Assembly (NCBI GenBank): GCA_937875315.1
Contig: CALNCE010000020.1
Span: forward strand, 1-55,583
Source: an uncultured Clostridia bacterium
GTDB lineage: Bacteria; Bacillota; Clostridia; Tissierellales; Sedimentibacteraceae
Length of the DNA stretch: 55,583 nucleotides
Direction: 5' to 3'
The notes under the pieces were generated by a model. It worked only from the letters and a program-made list of their open reading frames with translations. It ran no database searches and was not told the DNA's origin. The position numbers and the translations under genes are program-made. Below, in pieces: positions 21,334 to 31,875 of this stretch. The stretch's first letter is position 1. Each line of letters opens with the position of its first letter.

Positions 21334-22242
21334 ATGATAAACGTTACTTTAATCGGCACAGGCGGTATGGTGCCTCTTCCCGGCAGGTATTTAGCTTCAT
21401 GTCATATTGAATACAAAGGAAAAGCCATTCTTATAGACTGCGGCGAAGGTACACAAATTTCACTGCATAAGGGAAAGCTCAGCCTTAATAAAATCGACAC
21501 AATATTAATAACCCATTGCCATGCAGACCATGTTACAGGTCTGCCCGGACTGCTTTTAACCATGGGAAATCACGGCAGAACAGAGCCGGTAGATATTATT
21601 GCACCAAGGGGGAGCACGAAAATATTGAACTCTCTTTTGGTGGTATGCGGATTTCTTCCCTTCGAGGTTAGAATTGCAGAGCTTCACGATACAAAGCCTC
21701 AGGAATTCAGTAAGATAGGATTAAATGTAACATCGATTCCTTTAAAACATCATATAAATTGTTTAGGATACAGCTTTGAGCTTATTTTAAGACCTCATTT
21801 CCAGCCTGAAAAAGCAAAAACACTTAATATTCCGGTTAGACTTTGGAGACTACTTCACGGCGGTGAAAAGGTTGTTGTAGATGATAAAACATTTACACCG
21901 GATATGGTTTTGGGAAGCGCAAGAAAACCAATTAAAATTTCTTATGTAACAGATACAAGACCTGTTAAACTTATAGATGAAATCGTTAAGGATTCTGATT
22001 TGTTTATTTGTGAAGGAATGTACGGAAATGATGAGATGCTTGATGGTGCTGTTGCTAAAATGCATATGATTTTTTCGGAAGCTGCTTATATAGCATTGAA
22101 TGCTGATGTTAAGGAATTATGGCTTACTCATTTCAGTCCTTCAATGCCTAATCCTGAAGAGTATAAAGAATTTGCCGAAAAAATATTTTCTTGCACAGTT
22201 ATCGGAAAGGATTTAATGAGCAAGACATTAAGCTCACTATGA
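21334..22242 (+). CDS. rnz: Ribonuclease Z
   Basis: LIGTGG, DCGEGTQ, THCHADH, exosite, TDTRP, THFS. Confidence 0.95.
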   Translation: MINVTLIGTGGMVPLPGRYLASCHIEYKGKAILIDCGEGTQISLHKGKLSLNKIDTILITHCHADHVTGLPGLLLTMGNHGRTEPVDIIAPRGSTKILNSLLVVCGFLPFEVRIAELHDTKPQEFSKIGLNVTSIPLKHHINCLGYSFELILRPHFQPEKAKTLNIPVRLWRLLHGGEKVVVDDKTFTPDMVLGSARKPIKISYVTDTRPVKLIDEIVKDSDLFICEGMYGNDEMLDGAVAKMHMIFSEAAYIALNADVKELWLTHFSPSMPNPEEYKEFAEKIFSCTVIGKDLMSKTLSSL

Positions 22243-22296
22243 TATTTTTATTAATAAGCATGGCATACTATACAGCGTATTATGAATATTGCATAC

Positions 22297-22325
22297 GAAA
22301 AGGAGCGGAATCCCGCTCCTTTTTT
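22297..22325. terminator. Bidirectional intrinsic terminator between rnz and the NSS transporter
   Basis: AAAAGGAGCGG-AATC-CCGCTCCTTTTT. Confidence 0.85.
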
Positions 22326-22343
22326 ATTTTATAATAGTAACTG

Positions 22344-23822
22344 TTAAAAAATTCCCAATCCGAAGAAGTCATCTAACTGACCAAGAAGTACGAAAAACAT
22401 AGCAGCGGGAACAATATATTTAAAGCAAATATCCCAGAAATTGTACGCCTTCATCTTATAGCCGGGAGTTTGTTCAATCTCATCCTTAATAAGGACTGTC
22501 TTGAGTTTCCAGCCGATTATCAATGACATCAACATGGCACCTAAAGGCATGAACACACCTTCCGAAATCATGTCATAGAAGTCAAGCCAGCAGTCAAATG
22601 CAACTCTTACCTCGCTCATACCAAATACAACTGCAGGGATATCAATCATTGCCCCTCCTGCTACGCCGGAGCCAAGTCCATCCATTGCTACAGGGAATCC
22701 TAAGAAGAATATTATAACTCCCATAATAAGAGTGATTTTTTTACGGTCAGGCTCTAAACCCTTCTCAACTCTTTTGTCTATAAAGTATGCCGTACAAACC
22801 TCCAATAGAGAAATAGAAGATGTAACAGCAGCAATAAATACTAAGAAATAGAAAAAGGCACCGAAGAAATTACCCATAAATCCGCCCATACCTACACTGA
22901 AAACTCGGTGAAGAGTAACAAACAAAAGTCCGGGGCCTGCTCCGAAAGAAACGCCTTCAACTCCTTGATAAACAAATGCACCTACTGCAGGAAGAACTGC
23001 CAATGCTGACAAGAATGCAAATGATGTGTCTGCTATAGGAATAAACATTGCATTCCACTCTAAGTTTTCTTTTTTACTGAGGTAGGAACCGTAAGTAATC
23101 ATGCAGCCCATACCAAGAGACAGTGAGAAGAACATCTGCCCGGCTGCAGTTTTAAGAATCCTCATAAGACCTATTTCCTTCATAGCCTCAAAGTCAGGTT
23201 TAAACATAAATTCAAGCCCTACAAAAGCACCTTCCAAAGTAACGCTTCGAATAACTACGATTATTATCATTACAAACAATGTAGGCATAGCCACTGCAGT
23301 AAACTTTTCAATACCGCCTGAAATTCCGCCCATTACTATGATGATTGTAGCTGCCATAAAGAGCGCATGAAATAAAATACTCATAGGAGCGCTGACGATG
23401 AAGCTGCCAAAGAATGCACCGCTGTCCATTCCGCCAAAACCTGCACCACCGCTGAACATTTCCATTAAGAATCCAAAACAATACCTTATAGTAAATCCGC
23501 CTAATACACTATAGAATGCTAAAATGAGGAAACCCGAAAGCCAGCCCAGCCAGCCTATCCATGCGTACTTTTCACTGATTTTCCTATAAGTTCCGATAAC
23601 TCCCATACCATACCTACGACCTAAAGTAAGCTCACCAAGCATAGTTGCAAAACCAACAAAAGATACCAACGCTAAATATATAATGAGAAAAATAAATCCG
23701 CCGTTTGCACCCATCTTATATGGGAATCCCCAAATATTACCCAAGCCTATAGCTGAACCTATAGCTGCCATTAAGAAACCAAAATTAGTTCCCCACTGAC
23801 CTCTTTTATTATCTTTTTCCAT
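22344..23822 (-). CDS. Sodium-dependent transporter, NSS/SNF family (copy 1)
   Basis: GSAIGLGNIWGFPY, QMFFSLSLGMG, GPGLLF, AAVTSSISLLE. Confidence 0.93.
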   Translation of the reverse strand: MEKDNKRGQWGTNFGFLMAAIGSAIGLGNIWGFPYKMGANGGFIFLIIYLALVSFVGFATMLGELTLGRRYGMGVIGTYRKISEKYAWIGWLGWLSGFLILAFYSVLGGFTIRYCFGFLMEMFSGGAGFGGMDSGAFFGSFIVSAPMSILFHALFMAATIIIVMGGISGGIEKFTAVAMPTLFVMIIIVVIRSVTLEGAFVGLEFMFKPDFEAMKEIGLMRILKTAAGQMFFSLSLGMGCMITYGSYLSKKENLEWNAMFIPIADTSFAFLSALAVLPAVGAFVYQGVEGVSFGAGPGLLFVTLHRVFSVGMGGFMGNFFGAFFYFLVFIAAVTSSISLLEVCTAYFIDKRVEKGLEPDRKKITLIMGVIIFFLGFPVAMDGLGSGVAGGAMIDIPAVVFGMSEVRVAFDCWLDFYDMISEGVFMPLGAMLMSLIIGWKLKTVLIKDEIEQTPGYKMKAYNFWDICFKYIVPAAMFFVLLGQLDDFFGLGIF

Positions 23823-24043
23823 TTTACACCTTCCTCCCTTTTCAATATAAATATTATGAAATAATAATAAATGATAACATAAAAATAAATTTTTTGAGTA
23901 ATACTATCTCAAAGTTTATTTATTCACCTCCCTCTTGCTATATAATCTTTTTTAGCAACAATTGTTTATTTTGCTTTATAAGGCTTATTGTCACACCCCC
24001 TTATTATAAGCACCTTGTTATGGTCTTCTTCCTTAATATATTT

Positions 24044-24093
24044 TGTAAACGTTTCTTAAAAATGATTATACTACGCATATTTCTTTTTGTAAA
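24044..24093 (-). promoter_or_regulatory. SigA promoter plus cre-like operator for NSS copy 1
   Basis: TTTACA-17-TATAAT (24065-24093); TGTAAACGTTTCTT at 24044-24057 just downstream. Confidence 0.6.
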
Positions 24094-24190
24094 GTATAAT
24101 TTACCGCACCATAAATATTAGCATAACTTAAACTTTATACTATATTATGGCTATAAAATGTTGTTTATGCTATAACCATGTATTTCGCAA

Positions 24191-24220
24191 AAAAAAAGAG
24201 CGGACGTCCGCTCTTTTTTT
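24191..24220. terminator. Intrinsic terminator after NSS copy 2
   Basis: Perfect palindrome AAAAAAAGAGCGGACGTCCGCTCTTTTTTT. Confidence 0.85.
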
Positions 24221-24238
24221 ATCTTGAATTTACATATC

Positions 24239-25717
24239 CTAGAAAATTCCCAATCCGAAAAAGTCATCCAACTGACCGAGTAATACGAAAAACATAACAG
24301 CAGGAACAATGAATTTAAAGCAAATATCCCAGAAGTTGTATGCCTTCATCTTATAACCGGGAGTTTGTTCAACCTCATCCTTAATGAGAACAGTCTTGAG
24401 TTTCCATCCTATTAATAGTGACATCAACATTGCGCCAAGAGGCATGAAAACACCTTCAGAAATCATATCATAGAAATCAAGCCAGCAGTCAAATGCAACC
24501 CTTACCTCGCTCATGCCGAATACAGTTGCCGGGATATCAATCATTGCCCCTCCTGCTACACCTGAGCCAAGTCCATCCATTGCTACAGGGAATCCCAATA
24601 AGAAAATTACGGTTCCTACAATAAGAGTGATTTTTTTACGGTCAGGCTCTAAACCCTTCTCAACTCGTTTGTCAATAAAGTATGCCGTACAAACCTCCAA
24701 TAGTGAAATAGATGATGTAACAGCAGCAATAAACACTAAGAAATAGAAAAGAGCGCCGAAGAAATTACCCATCATTCCACCCATGCCAACACTGAAAACT
24801 CTATGCAGGGTAACGAATAAAAGTCCGGGGCCTGCCCCGAAAGAAACACCTTCAACTCCTTGATACATGAATGCACCAACTGCCGGTAATACTGCTAAAG
24901 CTGATAATAATGCAAATGATGTGTCTGCTATAGGAATAATCATAGCATTTTTTTCTAAGTTTTCGTTTTTACTGAGGTAGGAGCCGTAAGTAATCATGCA
25001 GCCCATACCGAGAGATAATGAAAAGAACATCTGTCCGGCGGCAGTTTTAAGCACCCTCATAAAACCTATTTCCTTTAAACTCACCCAGTCCGGTTTAAAC
25101 ATAAATTCAAGACCCACAAAAGCACCTTCCAAAGTAACGCTTCTGATAACTACTATTATCATCATTACAAATAATGCAGGCATCGCAATAGTTGTAAACT
25201 TTTCTATACCGCCTGCAATACCGCCCATTACTATGATAACTGTAGCACCCATAAAGAGTGCATGATACAAAATACTCATGGGAGCACTGGTTATGAAGCT
25301 TCCAAAGAATGCACCGCTGTCCATTCCGCCAAAGCCTGCACCGGCGCTAAAAATTTCCATTAAAAATCCAAAACAATACCGTAGAGTAAATCCGCCTAAT
25401 ACACTGTAAAATGCTAAAATAAGAAAACCTGAAAGCCAGCCCAACCAACCTATCCATGTGTATTTTTCGCTGATTTTCTTATAAGTTCCAACAACTCCCA
25501 TGCCGTATTTACGACCTAACGCTAATTCTCCAAGCATAACAGAAAAACCAACAAAAGATACCAAAGCTAAATATATTATTAGAAAAATAAATCCGCCGTT
25601 TGCTCCCATCTTATATGGGAATCCCCAAATATTACCCAAGCCTATTGCTGAGCCAATAGCTGCCATTAAGAAACCAAAATTTGTACCAAATTGCCCTCTT
25701 TTATTATCTTGTTCCAT
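24239..25717 (-). CDS. Sodium-dependent transporter, NSS/SNF family (copy 2)
   Basis: Same length (492 aa from ATG 25717) and long identical blocks with copy 1. Confidence 0.93.
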   Translation of the reverse strand: MEQDNKRGQFGTNFGFLMAAIGSAIGLGNIWGFPYKMGANGGFIFLIIYLALVSFVGFSVMLGELALGRKYGMGVVGTYKKISEKYTWIGWLGWLSGFLILAFYSVLGGFTLRYCFGFLMEIFSAGAGFGGMDSGAFFGSFITSAPMSILYHALFMGATVIIVMGGIAGGIEKFTTIAMPALFVMMIIVVIRSVTLEGAFVGLEFMFKPDWVSLKEIGFMRVLKTAAGQMFFSLSLGMGCMITYGSYLSKNENLEKNAMIIPIADTSFALLSALAVLPAVGAFMYQGVEGVSFGAGPGLLFVTLHRVFSVGMGGMMGNFFGALFYFLVFIAAVTSSISLLEVCTAYFIDKRVEKGLEPDRKKITLIVGTVIFLLGFPVAMDGLGSGVAGGAMIDIPATVFGMSEVRVAFDCWLDFYDMISEGVFMPLGAMLMSLLIGWKLKTVLIKDEVEQTPGYKMKAYNFWDICFKFIVPAVMFFVLLGQLDDFFGLGIF

Positions 25718-25904
25718 TCTGCACCTTCCCTTCTTATTATCAATACGATTGCAATACAACGAAAATTATATCCTTTTTAACTATATTTCATTAACCTCCT
25801 ATCTTTGTTAGTTTTTTTCAATTATGTCCTTATTAAATAAGCTATAACGTATGCATTTAATAATTATATGTATATAAATGAATGCATAAAATATGATTAA
25901 GTCT

Positions 25905-25954
25905 TGCAAACGTATCTTTCCATGAATTATACTATATAGCAATTCGTTTGTCCA
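25905..25954 (-). promoter_or_regulatory. SigA promoter plus cre-like operator for NSS copy 2
   Basis: TGGACA-17-TATAAT (25926-25954); TGCAAACGTATCTT at 25905-25918, same spacing as in copy 1. Confidence 0.6.
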
Positions 25955-26142
25955 GCTAAAAGTATATTATATTTAAAACAATTAATGCATAAAATAATAA
26001 TTCATAATGTTTATATTATGCATTTGTATAAAATGCTTATAACGTATTTATATTACTTTTCTGTAAAAAAGTTGCTGCGCAACTTCCGCTATAGGGACAT
26101 ATGTCCTATTTGCAAGGGCAAAAGAATCTTATTCTTTGTTTA

Positions 26143-27492
26143 CTATTTTTCACCTATTGACAGCATAAGATTAAGAAGGATTCCAACTACAGCTGCGGAT
26201 GCTATAGCCGGTATTTCAATACCAAACATAGGAATCATACCGCCTTCAAATCCAAAACTCCCTCCAAGTCCTACTACTAAAATTACTGCTATCACTGCTA
26301 AATTTTTTGCGCTGAACATATCAACTTTTCTATCCAACATAATGGTAATACCTTGTGCTCCTATAACTCCGAATAAATAAATTGACAATCCTCCGATTAC
26401 TGCTGTAGGAATAGAATATATTATATTAATTAAAGGTGTAAAACAGGAAATAATCATTGTAAATATGGCAGCTAACATCAGAACATGTATGGAGAAGTTT
26501 TTGGATATTGCCATTGCACTGATATTCTCTCCATAGTTTGTTCCTGCAGGACCGCCTATAGCTCCTGAAATAATATCTCCGATTCCATCACCTATAAGAT
26601 TTAATCCCAATTTACTTTCGATATCATATTTTTTGCCGACACCTTTTTTATTAGCCAAGTCATTTACATATATGTCAAGCTGATAAACGTGTGCTGTGGA
26701 TTCGGGAATTGTTGCTATAGCAATAGGCATGATTGCAATAACAGCTGTAAGAGTAGGTTTAGGGAATGTAAAAATAGGAAGATTAAATACTCCCGCTGTT
26801 TGAATAGTGTCAAATGATACAAAAGGAATACCTGATACTCCTCCTATTACCAAAGCGGCGGCATATCCTGTCAACAACCCGAACAAAATAGGTAGCTGAC
26901 TTAGTTTGCCTTTTAAATACACTGAATATAAAATTGTTGATAATAAAGTAATTATTGCTATAACCCATGCATAACTGCCGGCATAAGGATTGTTTTGAGC
27001 CGCCGCAGGAAAGGATGCGGCATTTGTCATCGCATTAGCTGCCAAAGACAATCCTATAATTATGGCTATACTTCCTGTTACGGTTGCAGGAAGAACTTTG
27101 TCTATTTTATCTTTACCAGATCTATTAATAATGTAACCTGCAAATATTGAAACAAATCCTGACATTACAATACCGAATTGGGCAACCGAAATTTTATCAT
27201 CAAGAGAGTATAAAGCGAACTGCTCGGCACTCATAATCGATGCTATTGCTGCTATATATGAAAAGCTTGAACCATAGTATAAAGGAATTTGTCTTCCTGT
27301 GATAAGTATAAAACCTAATGTTGCCAAACCGCTGGCAAATATTGTAGTAGAAACATGGAAACCTGTGATGAGAGCAACCAAGACTGTTGCAGGAAACATA
27401 ACAACTATCTGCTGCAGTGCGAAGAAAATAAGACCAAGAATCGGCGGACGCTCGTCCGGTAAATAACCTGAAACTTCATTTTTTGTTGACAT
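26143..27492 (-). CDS. NCS2 nucleobase permease (uracil permease UraA/PyrP-like)
   Basis: YYGSSFSYI, PESTAH, TNYGEN signature, GGLSIYLFGVIG; start trimmed to ATG 27492. Confidence 0.88.
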   Translation of the reverse strand: MSTKNEVSGYLPDERPPILGLIFFALQQIVVMFPATVLVALITGFHVSTTIFASGLATLGFILITGRQIPLYYGSSFSYIAAIASIMSAEQFALYSLDDKISVAQFGIVMSGFVSIFAGYIINRSGKDKIDKVLPATVTGSIAIIIGLSLAANAMTNAASFPAAAQNNPYAGSYAWVIAIITLLSTILYSVYLKGKLSQLPILFGLLTGYAAALVIGGVSGIPFVSFDTIQTAGVFNLPIFTFPKPTLTAVIAIMPIAIATIPESTAHVYQLDIYVNDLANKKGVGKKYDIESKLGLNLIGDGIGDIISGAIGGPAGTNYGENISAMAISKNFSIHVLMLAAIFTMIISCFTPLINIIYSIPTAVIGGLSIYLFGVIGAQGITIMLDRKVDMFSAKNLAVIAVILVVGLGGSFGFEGGMIPMFGIEIPAIASAAVVGILLNLMLSIGEK

Positions 27493-27568
27493 AACTACCT
27501 CCATAAAATAAATTATCCTCGACCGGATGGTCAAGGATTACTATACACAATAAAATACATGAATATTA

Positions 27569-27642
27569 AATCTTGACGGCATCACGGTACCGTGTTAAAG
27601 ATTATTTTGTCCAATTATAGCATGTATAAATTGCTCAGTCAA
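27569..27642 (-). promoter_or_regulatory. SigA promoter followed by a PyrR-binding-loop-like leader hairpin
   Basis: TTGACT-17-TATAAT (27614-27642); leader AATCTTTAACACGGTACCGTGATGCCGTCAAGATT resembles CUUUAA...GUCCxGUGAGGC; second hairpin before the RBS. Confidence 0.5.
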
Positions 27643-27830
27643 CAAGAAAATTTATTGCCGTTTATTTGCAGCTCTGAAAATGATATCTTCGTGATTTATA
27701 ATCAAGAGTGCAAGAGTTTTGATAGGATGACGGATTGATAGGGTATAAAACAGCAGCTATGCTTGCAATAAAGTATTGATTTATACTCTGCTATTATATA
27801 TAATCATGTTAGTTTGTGCGGAGGGGACAT

Positions 27831-29057
27831 ATGACTCAATTATTTATCGTAATTATAGTTTTTTTAATAATACCATTGTTAGGTCGATTTAAAATTAATT
27901 TAAGTTATATTCTATTGATATCATGCGGAATTTTAGCTTTACTGTCGGGAATAGGAGCGGAAGCCGCATGGCAGTCGGCAACAAGTATTTTTACTGACTT
28001 TTTATCATTAAACACAATACTTTCAATTATGATGGTAAGTATTTTAGGCGGTTTAATGAAGCATTATAAAATTCTTGATAAAATAGTTGGCTCAATTTAT
28101 CAGATAATACAAAACAAAAAATTGATATTAATGATTCTTCCAGCTTTGGTCGGTGTGTTGATAATTCCCGGAGGAGCGCTTTTATCCGCACCTTTTATAG
28201 ATGAAATGGGCGAAGAAATGAAAATTCCTGCACCTAAGCGAGCAGCAATAAATTTGGTATTCAGACATATTGCAATGTTTATAATGCCTTTTTCAACGGG
28301 AATCTTAGTTGTTTCTGCTGCTCTTCCGGAAATTAATATTTCAAGATTTATATTTTTAAACCTATTTTATGTAATTCCCATAGTATTTGCAGGTTATATT
28401 TTGTTTATTAAAGATATCGAATATAGCAATACATTAAAAATTAAATTTTCGGGCAGAAATCTATTATATTTTTTACTGTACACATCACCTATATATGTTT
28501 GCGTAATTATCAATGCCGTAACCGGTCTGCCTTTTTCTATTTCTCTAATTTTTAGCGTATTGGCTGTTTATTTATTGTGTGACAAAAAGAACTTTTTCAG
28601 CATATTGATAAGCTCCATAAATTACCATACTGTTTTAACAGTTGCTGCAATTCTTATTATGAAAGAAATAATTCTAAATATGGATGAACTCCTCATGCTT
28701 TTCAGCAGCATGTTTAATTCAGAAAGCAATATGATGTCGATTTTATTGATATTCTTTATATCATCGGTATTTTTCGGAGTTGTTACCGGAAATCAAACAG
28801 CTACCTTAGCAATTATCCTCCCTATGATATCCCGGCTTGATGTATCTCTTGATATGATTTATATCTACACATATTTTTCATTTGCATGTACATATGCAGG
28901 ATACTTTTTCTCACCCATCCATTTGTGTCAAGCTTTCACAATTGAGTATATGAATGTTTCGACCATGCAGCTTTATAAGGAATACCGGCTGTATGTGCCC
29001 CTTTCATTCATTGTGTTGTTTTTGTCCGTGTATTTGTTGAAATTTCTATTTGCTTAG
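27831..29057 (+). CDS. DUF401 family membrane transporter-like protein
   Basis: PGGALLSAP, INLVFRH, FSPIHLC motifs; many TM helices. Confidence 0.75.
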   Translation: MTQLFIVIIVFLIIPLLGRFKINLSYILLISCGILALLSGIGAEAAWQSATSIFTDFLSLNTILSIMMVSILGGLMKHYKILDKIVGSIYQIIQNKKLILMILPALVGVLIIPGGALLSAPFIDEMGEEMKIPAPKRAAINLVFRHIAMFIMPFSTGILVVSAALPEINISRFIFLNLFYVIPIVFAGYILFIKDIEYSNTLKIKFSGRNLLYFLLYTSPIYVCVIINAVTGLPFSISLIFSVLAVYLLCDKKNFFSILISSINYHTVLTVAAILIMKEIILNMDELLMLFSSMFNSESNMMSILLIFFISSVFFGVVTGNQTATLAIILPMISRLDVSLDMIYIYTYFSFACTYAGYFFSPIHLCQAFTIEYMNVSTMQLYKEYRLYVPLSFIVLFLSVYLLKFLFA

Positions 29058-29097
29058 GTAAGAATTCAGGGACGGACCTTTTAGTTCCCGGAAAGTA

Positions 29098-30198
29098 TTA
29101 TATATTAAGGGAAATTTTATCGGCGCTTACTTTTATTGCACCTTTCATTTCCAATAATGTTAAATTACCAAGCAATTCACCGGTTTCCATTTTTATTTCC
29201 TGCCTTAATTCTTCAACTGTATTTTTTCCGGATTTAAGACTGTCCATTATTCTTATTTCATCATCAGTTAATGTGCTTAAATCAATAAATGCATTTTGCA
29301 GTTTAACCCTTTCCTTTAATTCTAAAATTTCTTCGATAATATCATCAATTGATACTGTTATTTTTGCGCCGTCTCTGATTAAAGCATTGGTTCCTTTGCT
29401 GTACAGGCTGTCAATGTTCCCGGGAACCGCAAAAATTTCTCTTCCTTGATTGGCGGCGTGACCGGCTGTAATCAATGTGCCGCTTTTTTCCTGAGCTTCA
29501 ATAACAAGTACTCCCTCGGAAAGACCGCTTATAATTCTATTTCTGTCATGAAAGTTAAATGCAACCGGTTGTATATCAAAAGGATATTCGGTAATCACCG
29601 CTCCGTTGTTTCCTGATATTTGTTTAAACAGCTCCAAGTTCTTCTTTGGATATACCACATTGATGCCGCAGCCGATTATGCCGTAGGTTTTAGCATTATA
29701 TTTCAAAGCTGTTTTATGAGCAATTGTGTCAATTCCAACTGCTAATCCGCTTACAATATTTACGCCGACTTCCGACAATTCCTTTGTAAGCTTCTCCGCA
29801 GCCCATTTCCCGTAGCTTGTAGCCTTCCTTGAGCCTATTACTGCAATTGATATGTTGTTTATGAAATCCAAATTGCCCTTGTAGTATAACAAATAAGGAG
29901 CACCTTGAATTTGTTTAAGCTTAGCGGGGTATTCTTCATCAAAAATAGTTACTATTTCGGCCTTTTCAATTTCTAATTTCTTCATTAATCTTTCTTCAAC
30001 AAAATTATTTTTGTTTTCTGAAAGCTCTTCTATTGCGTCGGTTTTAAGGAAAGATAAATTATGTTTCTCGCTTACAAAGTTTTCCCATAAATTCTCCGGC
30101 GACCCGAAATACTCAAGAAGCTTTGAAATCTTGTTGTTTGAAACTCCATTTGCTGAAAGCCATAATAAGGTTTTTTGATTGATATTTATATTTCCCAT
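29098..30198 (-). CDS. dprA: DNA processing protein DprA
   Basis: AVIGSRKAT, VSGLAVGID, RNRIISGLS, SGTLITA, VPGNI. Confidence 0.96.
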   Translation of the reverse strand: MGNININQKTLLWLSANGVSNNKISKLLEYFGSPENLWENFVSEKHNLSFLKTDAIEELSENKNNFVEERLMKKLEIEKAEIVTIFDEEYPAKLKQIQGAPYLLYYKGNLDFINNISIAVIGSRKATSYGKWAAEKLTKELSEVGVNIVSGLAVGIDTIAHKTALKYNAKTYGIIGCGINVVYPKKNLELFKQISGNNGAVITEYPFDIQPVAFNFHDRNRIISGLSEGVLVIEAQEKSGTLITAGHAANQGREIFAVPGNIDSLYSKGTNALIRDGAKITVSIDDIIEEILELKERVKLQNAFIDLSTLTDDEIRIMDSLKSGKNTVEELRQEIKMETGELLGNLTLLEMKGAIKVSADKISLNI

Positions 30199-30199
30199 A

Positions 30200-31723
30200 C
30201 TACCTCCAGTATTTGCGGTCTAAACTTCTATACTGAATTGCTTCCGCTATATGTTTTGTTTCTATATTTTCAAAATTCTCCAAATCAGCTATTGTTCTTG
30301 CCACCTTTAGTATTTTATTGTATGCTCTTGCACTTAAGCCTAAAATCTCAAATGCATTCTTAAGCAATACTTCCGACTCCTTATTGACTTTACAGAACTT
30401 TGATATACCTTTTGTTGAAAGCTCCGAATTAGTAAGAATCCCCATATTTTTATATCTGTTCATCTGAATATTTCTTGCTTTTACAATTCGCTTTTTAATT
30501 TCTACAGAGGCTTCTTCCGCTCTGTTATCTTTCAGTTCATCATATTTAACCGGCAGTACTTCAATTTGAATATCAATACGATTCAGCAATGGACCCGAAA
30601 TCTTCCCTAAATATTTGTCAATATGTCTTTGGCTGCAGGAACAGTCGTGGTTAGGGTCACCTAAATATCCGCAGGGACATGGATTCATTGAAGCAACCAT
30701 CATAAATTTTGCAGGAAATGTAAATGAGCCGCTTGCCCTTGAAATGGAAATTTTTCCGTCTTCCATAGGCTGGCGGAGAACCTCAATAACGCTTTTAGGG
30801 AATTCGGGAATTTCGTCCAAAAATAAAACTCCGTAATGAGACAGGGATACTTCCCCCGGCTGTGGTTTTGTACCGCCTCCTGCTATGGATGTGCGTGAGG
30901 AAGTATGATGAGGCGAACGAAAAGGTCTTTTGGTTATTAAACCTTTATTGTCCAACAATCCTGATATGCTGTAGATTTTTGTAACTTCCAAAGATTCTTC
31001 AAATGTCAGATCCGGTAAAATAGTTGGAATACGTCTTGCTATCATCGTTTTTCCCGAGCCGGGACTTCCTAAAAGGAGAATGTTATGCATCCCGGCAGCG
31101 GCTATTTCAACTGCCCTTTTCATTGCAGGCTGTCCTTTTATTTCAGAAAAATCTTCATTATAATAATCCGGTTTACCGGAAAAATCATATTTGAATTTAT
31201 ATGGAGCTATTGATAAATTTCCGTTTAAATAACTTACTAGTTGGGTTATACTTTCAACAGGAATTATTTCTATGCCTTCTATGGCGCCGCATTCTTCCTT
31301 GTTGTCTTCGGGCACTATTGCTTTTTTAAAGCTGTTGTTCCGCATGGAAATAACCATGGGTAAAGCGCCGTCAATTGCTGTTATCCTTCCGTCCAATGAT
31401 AATTCACCTATAATGCATGAGCTTTCATCCACAGTCTTAATTACCTTAGAAGCAGCAAGTATACCCACTGCAATAGGAAGGTCTATCTGGCTTCCTTCCT
31501 TTTTCAAATTCGCCGGTGCAAGATTGACCGTAATGCGGCTTACAGGAAAATCATATCTGCTGTTTTTAATGGCAGACCGTACTCTTTCCTTTGACTCTTT
31601 AATTGAGATATCAGGCAGACCCACAATATTAAAATTTGGCAGACCTCCCGATAAATCTGTTTCCACATTAACTTCATAACCTTCAAGTCCGTAAAGGACA
31701 CATGTTTTTATTTTTGAAAGCAT
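30200..31723 (-). CDS. comM: YifB/ComM family Mg-chelatase-like AAA+ ATPase
   Basis: VGLPD, VNLAPA, GSPGSGKT, PFRSPHHT, LFLDE, MNPCPCG. Confidence 0.93.
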   Translation of the reverse strand: MLSKIKTCVLYGLEGYEVNVETDLSGGLPNFNIVGLPDISIKESKERVRSAIKNSRYDFPVSRITVNLAPANLKKEGSQIDLPIAVGILAASKVIKTVDESSCIIGELSLDGRITAIDGALPMVISMRNNSFKKAIVPEDNKEECGAIEGIEIIPVESITQLVSYLNGNLSIAPYKFKYDFSGKPDYYNEDFSEIKGQPAMKRAVEIAAAGMHNILLLGSPGSGKTMIARRIPTILPDLTFEESLEVTKIYSISGLLDNKGLITKRPFRSPHHTSSRTSIAGGGTKPQPGEVSLSHYGVLFLDEIPEFPKSVIEVLRQPMEDGKISISRASGSFTFPAKFMMVASMNPCPCGYLGDPNHDCSCSQRHIDKYLGKISGPLLNRIDIQIEVLPVKYDELKDNRAEEASVEIKKRIVKARNIQMNRYKNMGILTNSELSTKGISKFCKVNKESEVLLKNAFEILGLSARAYNKILKVARTIADLENFENIETKHIAEAIQYRSLDRKYWR

Positions 31724-31875
31724 GGTACCTCCAACAATTCAAGGTTATAAAATTATACTATAATTTTCCAATTATTACAATGAATAATATATATATTAAA
31801 ATTATAAAATTGCAATAAAATCTACCCAAATTAATATAGTGGTGCAAGCCCTCCTAACGGCTGTTTCTTAAACAA

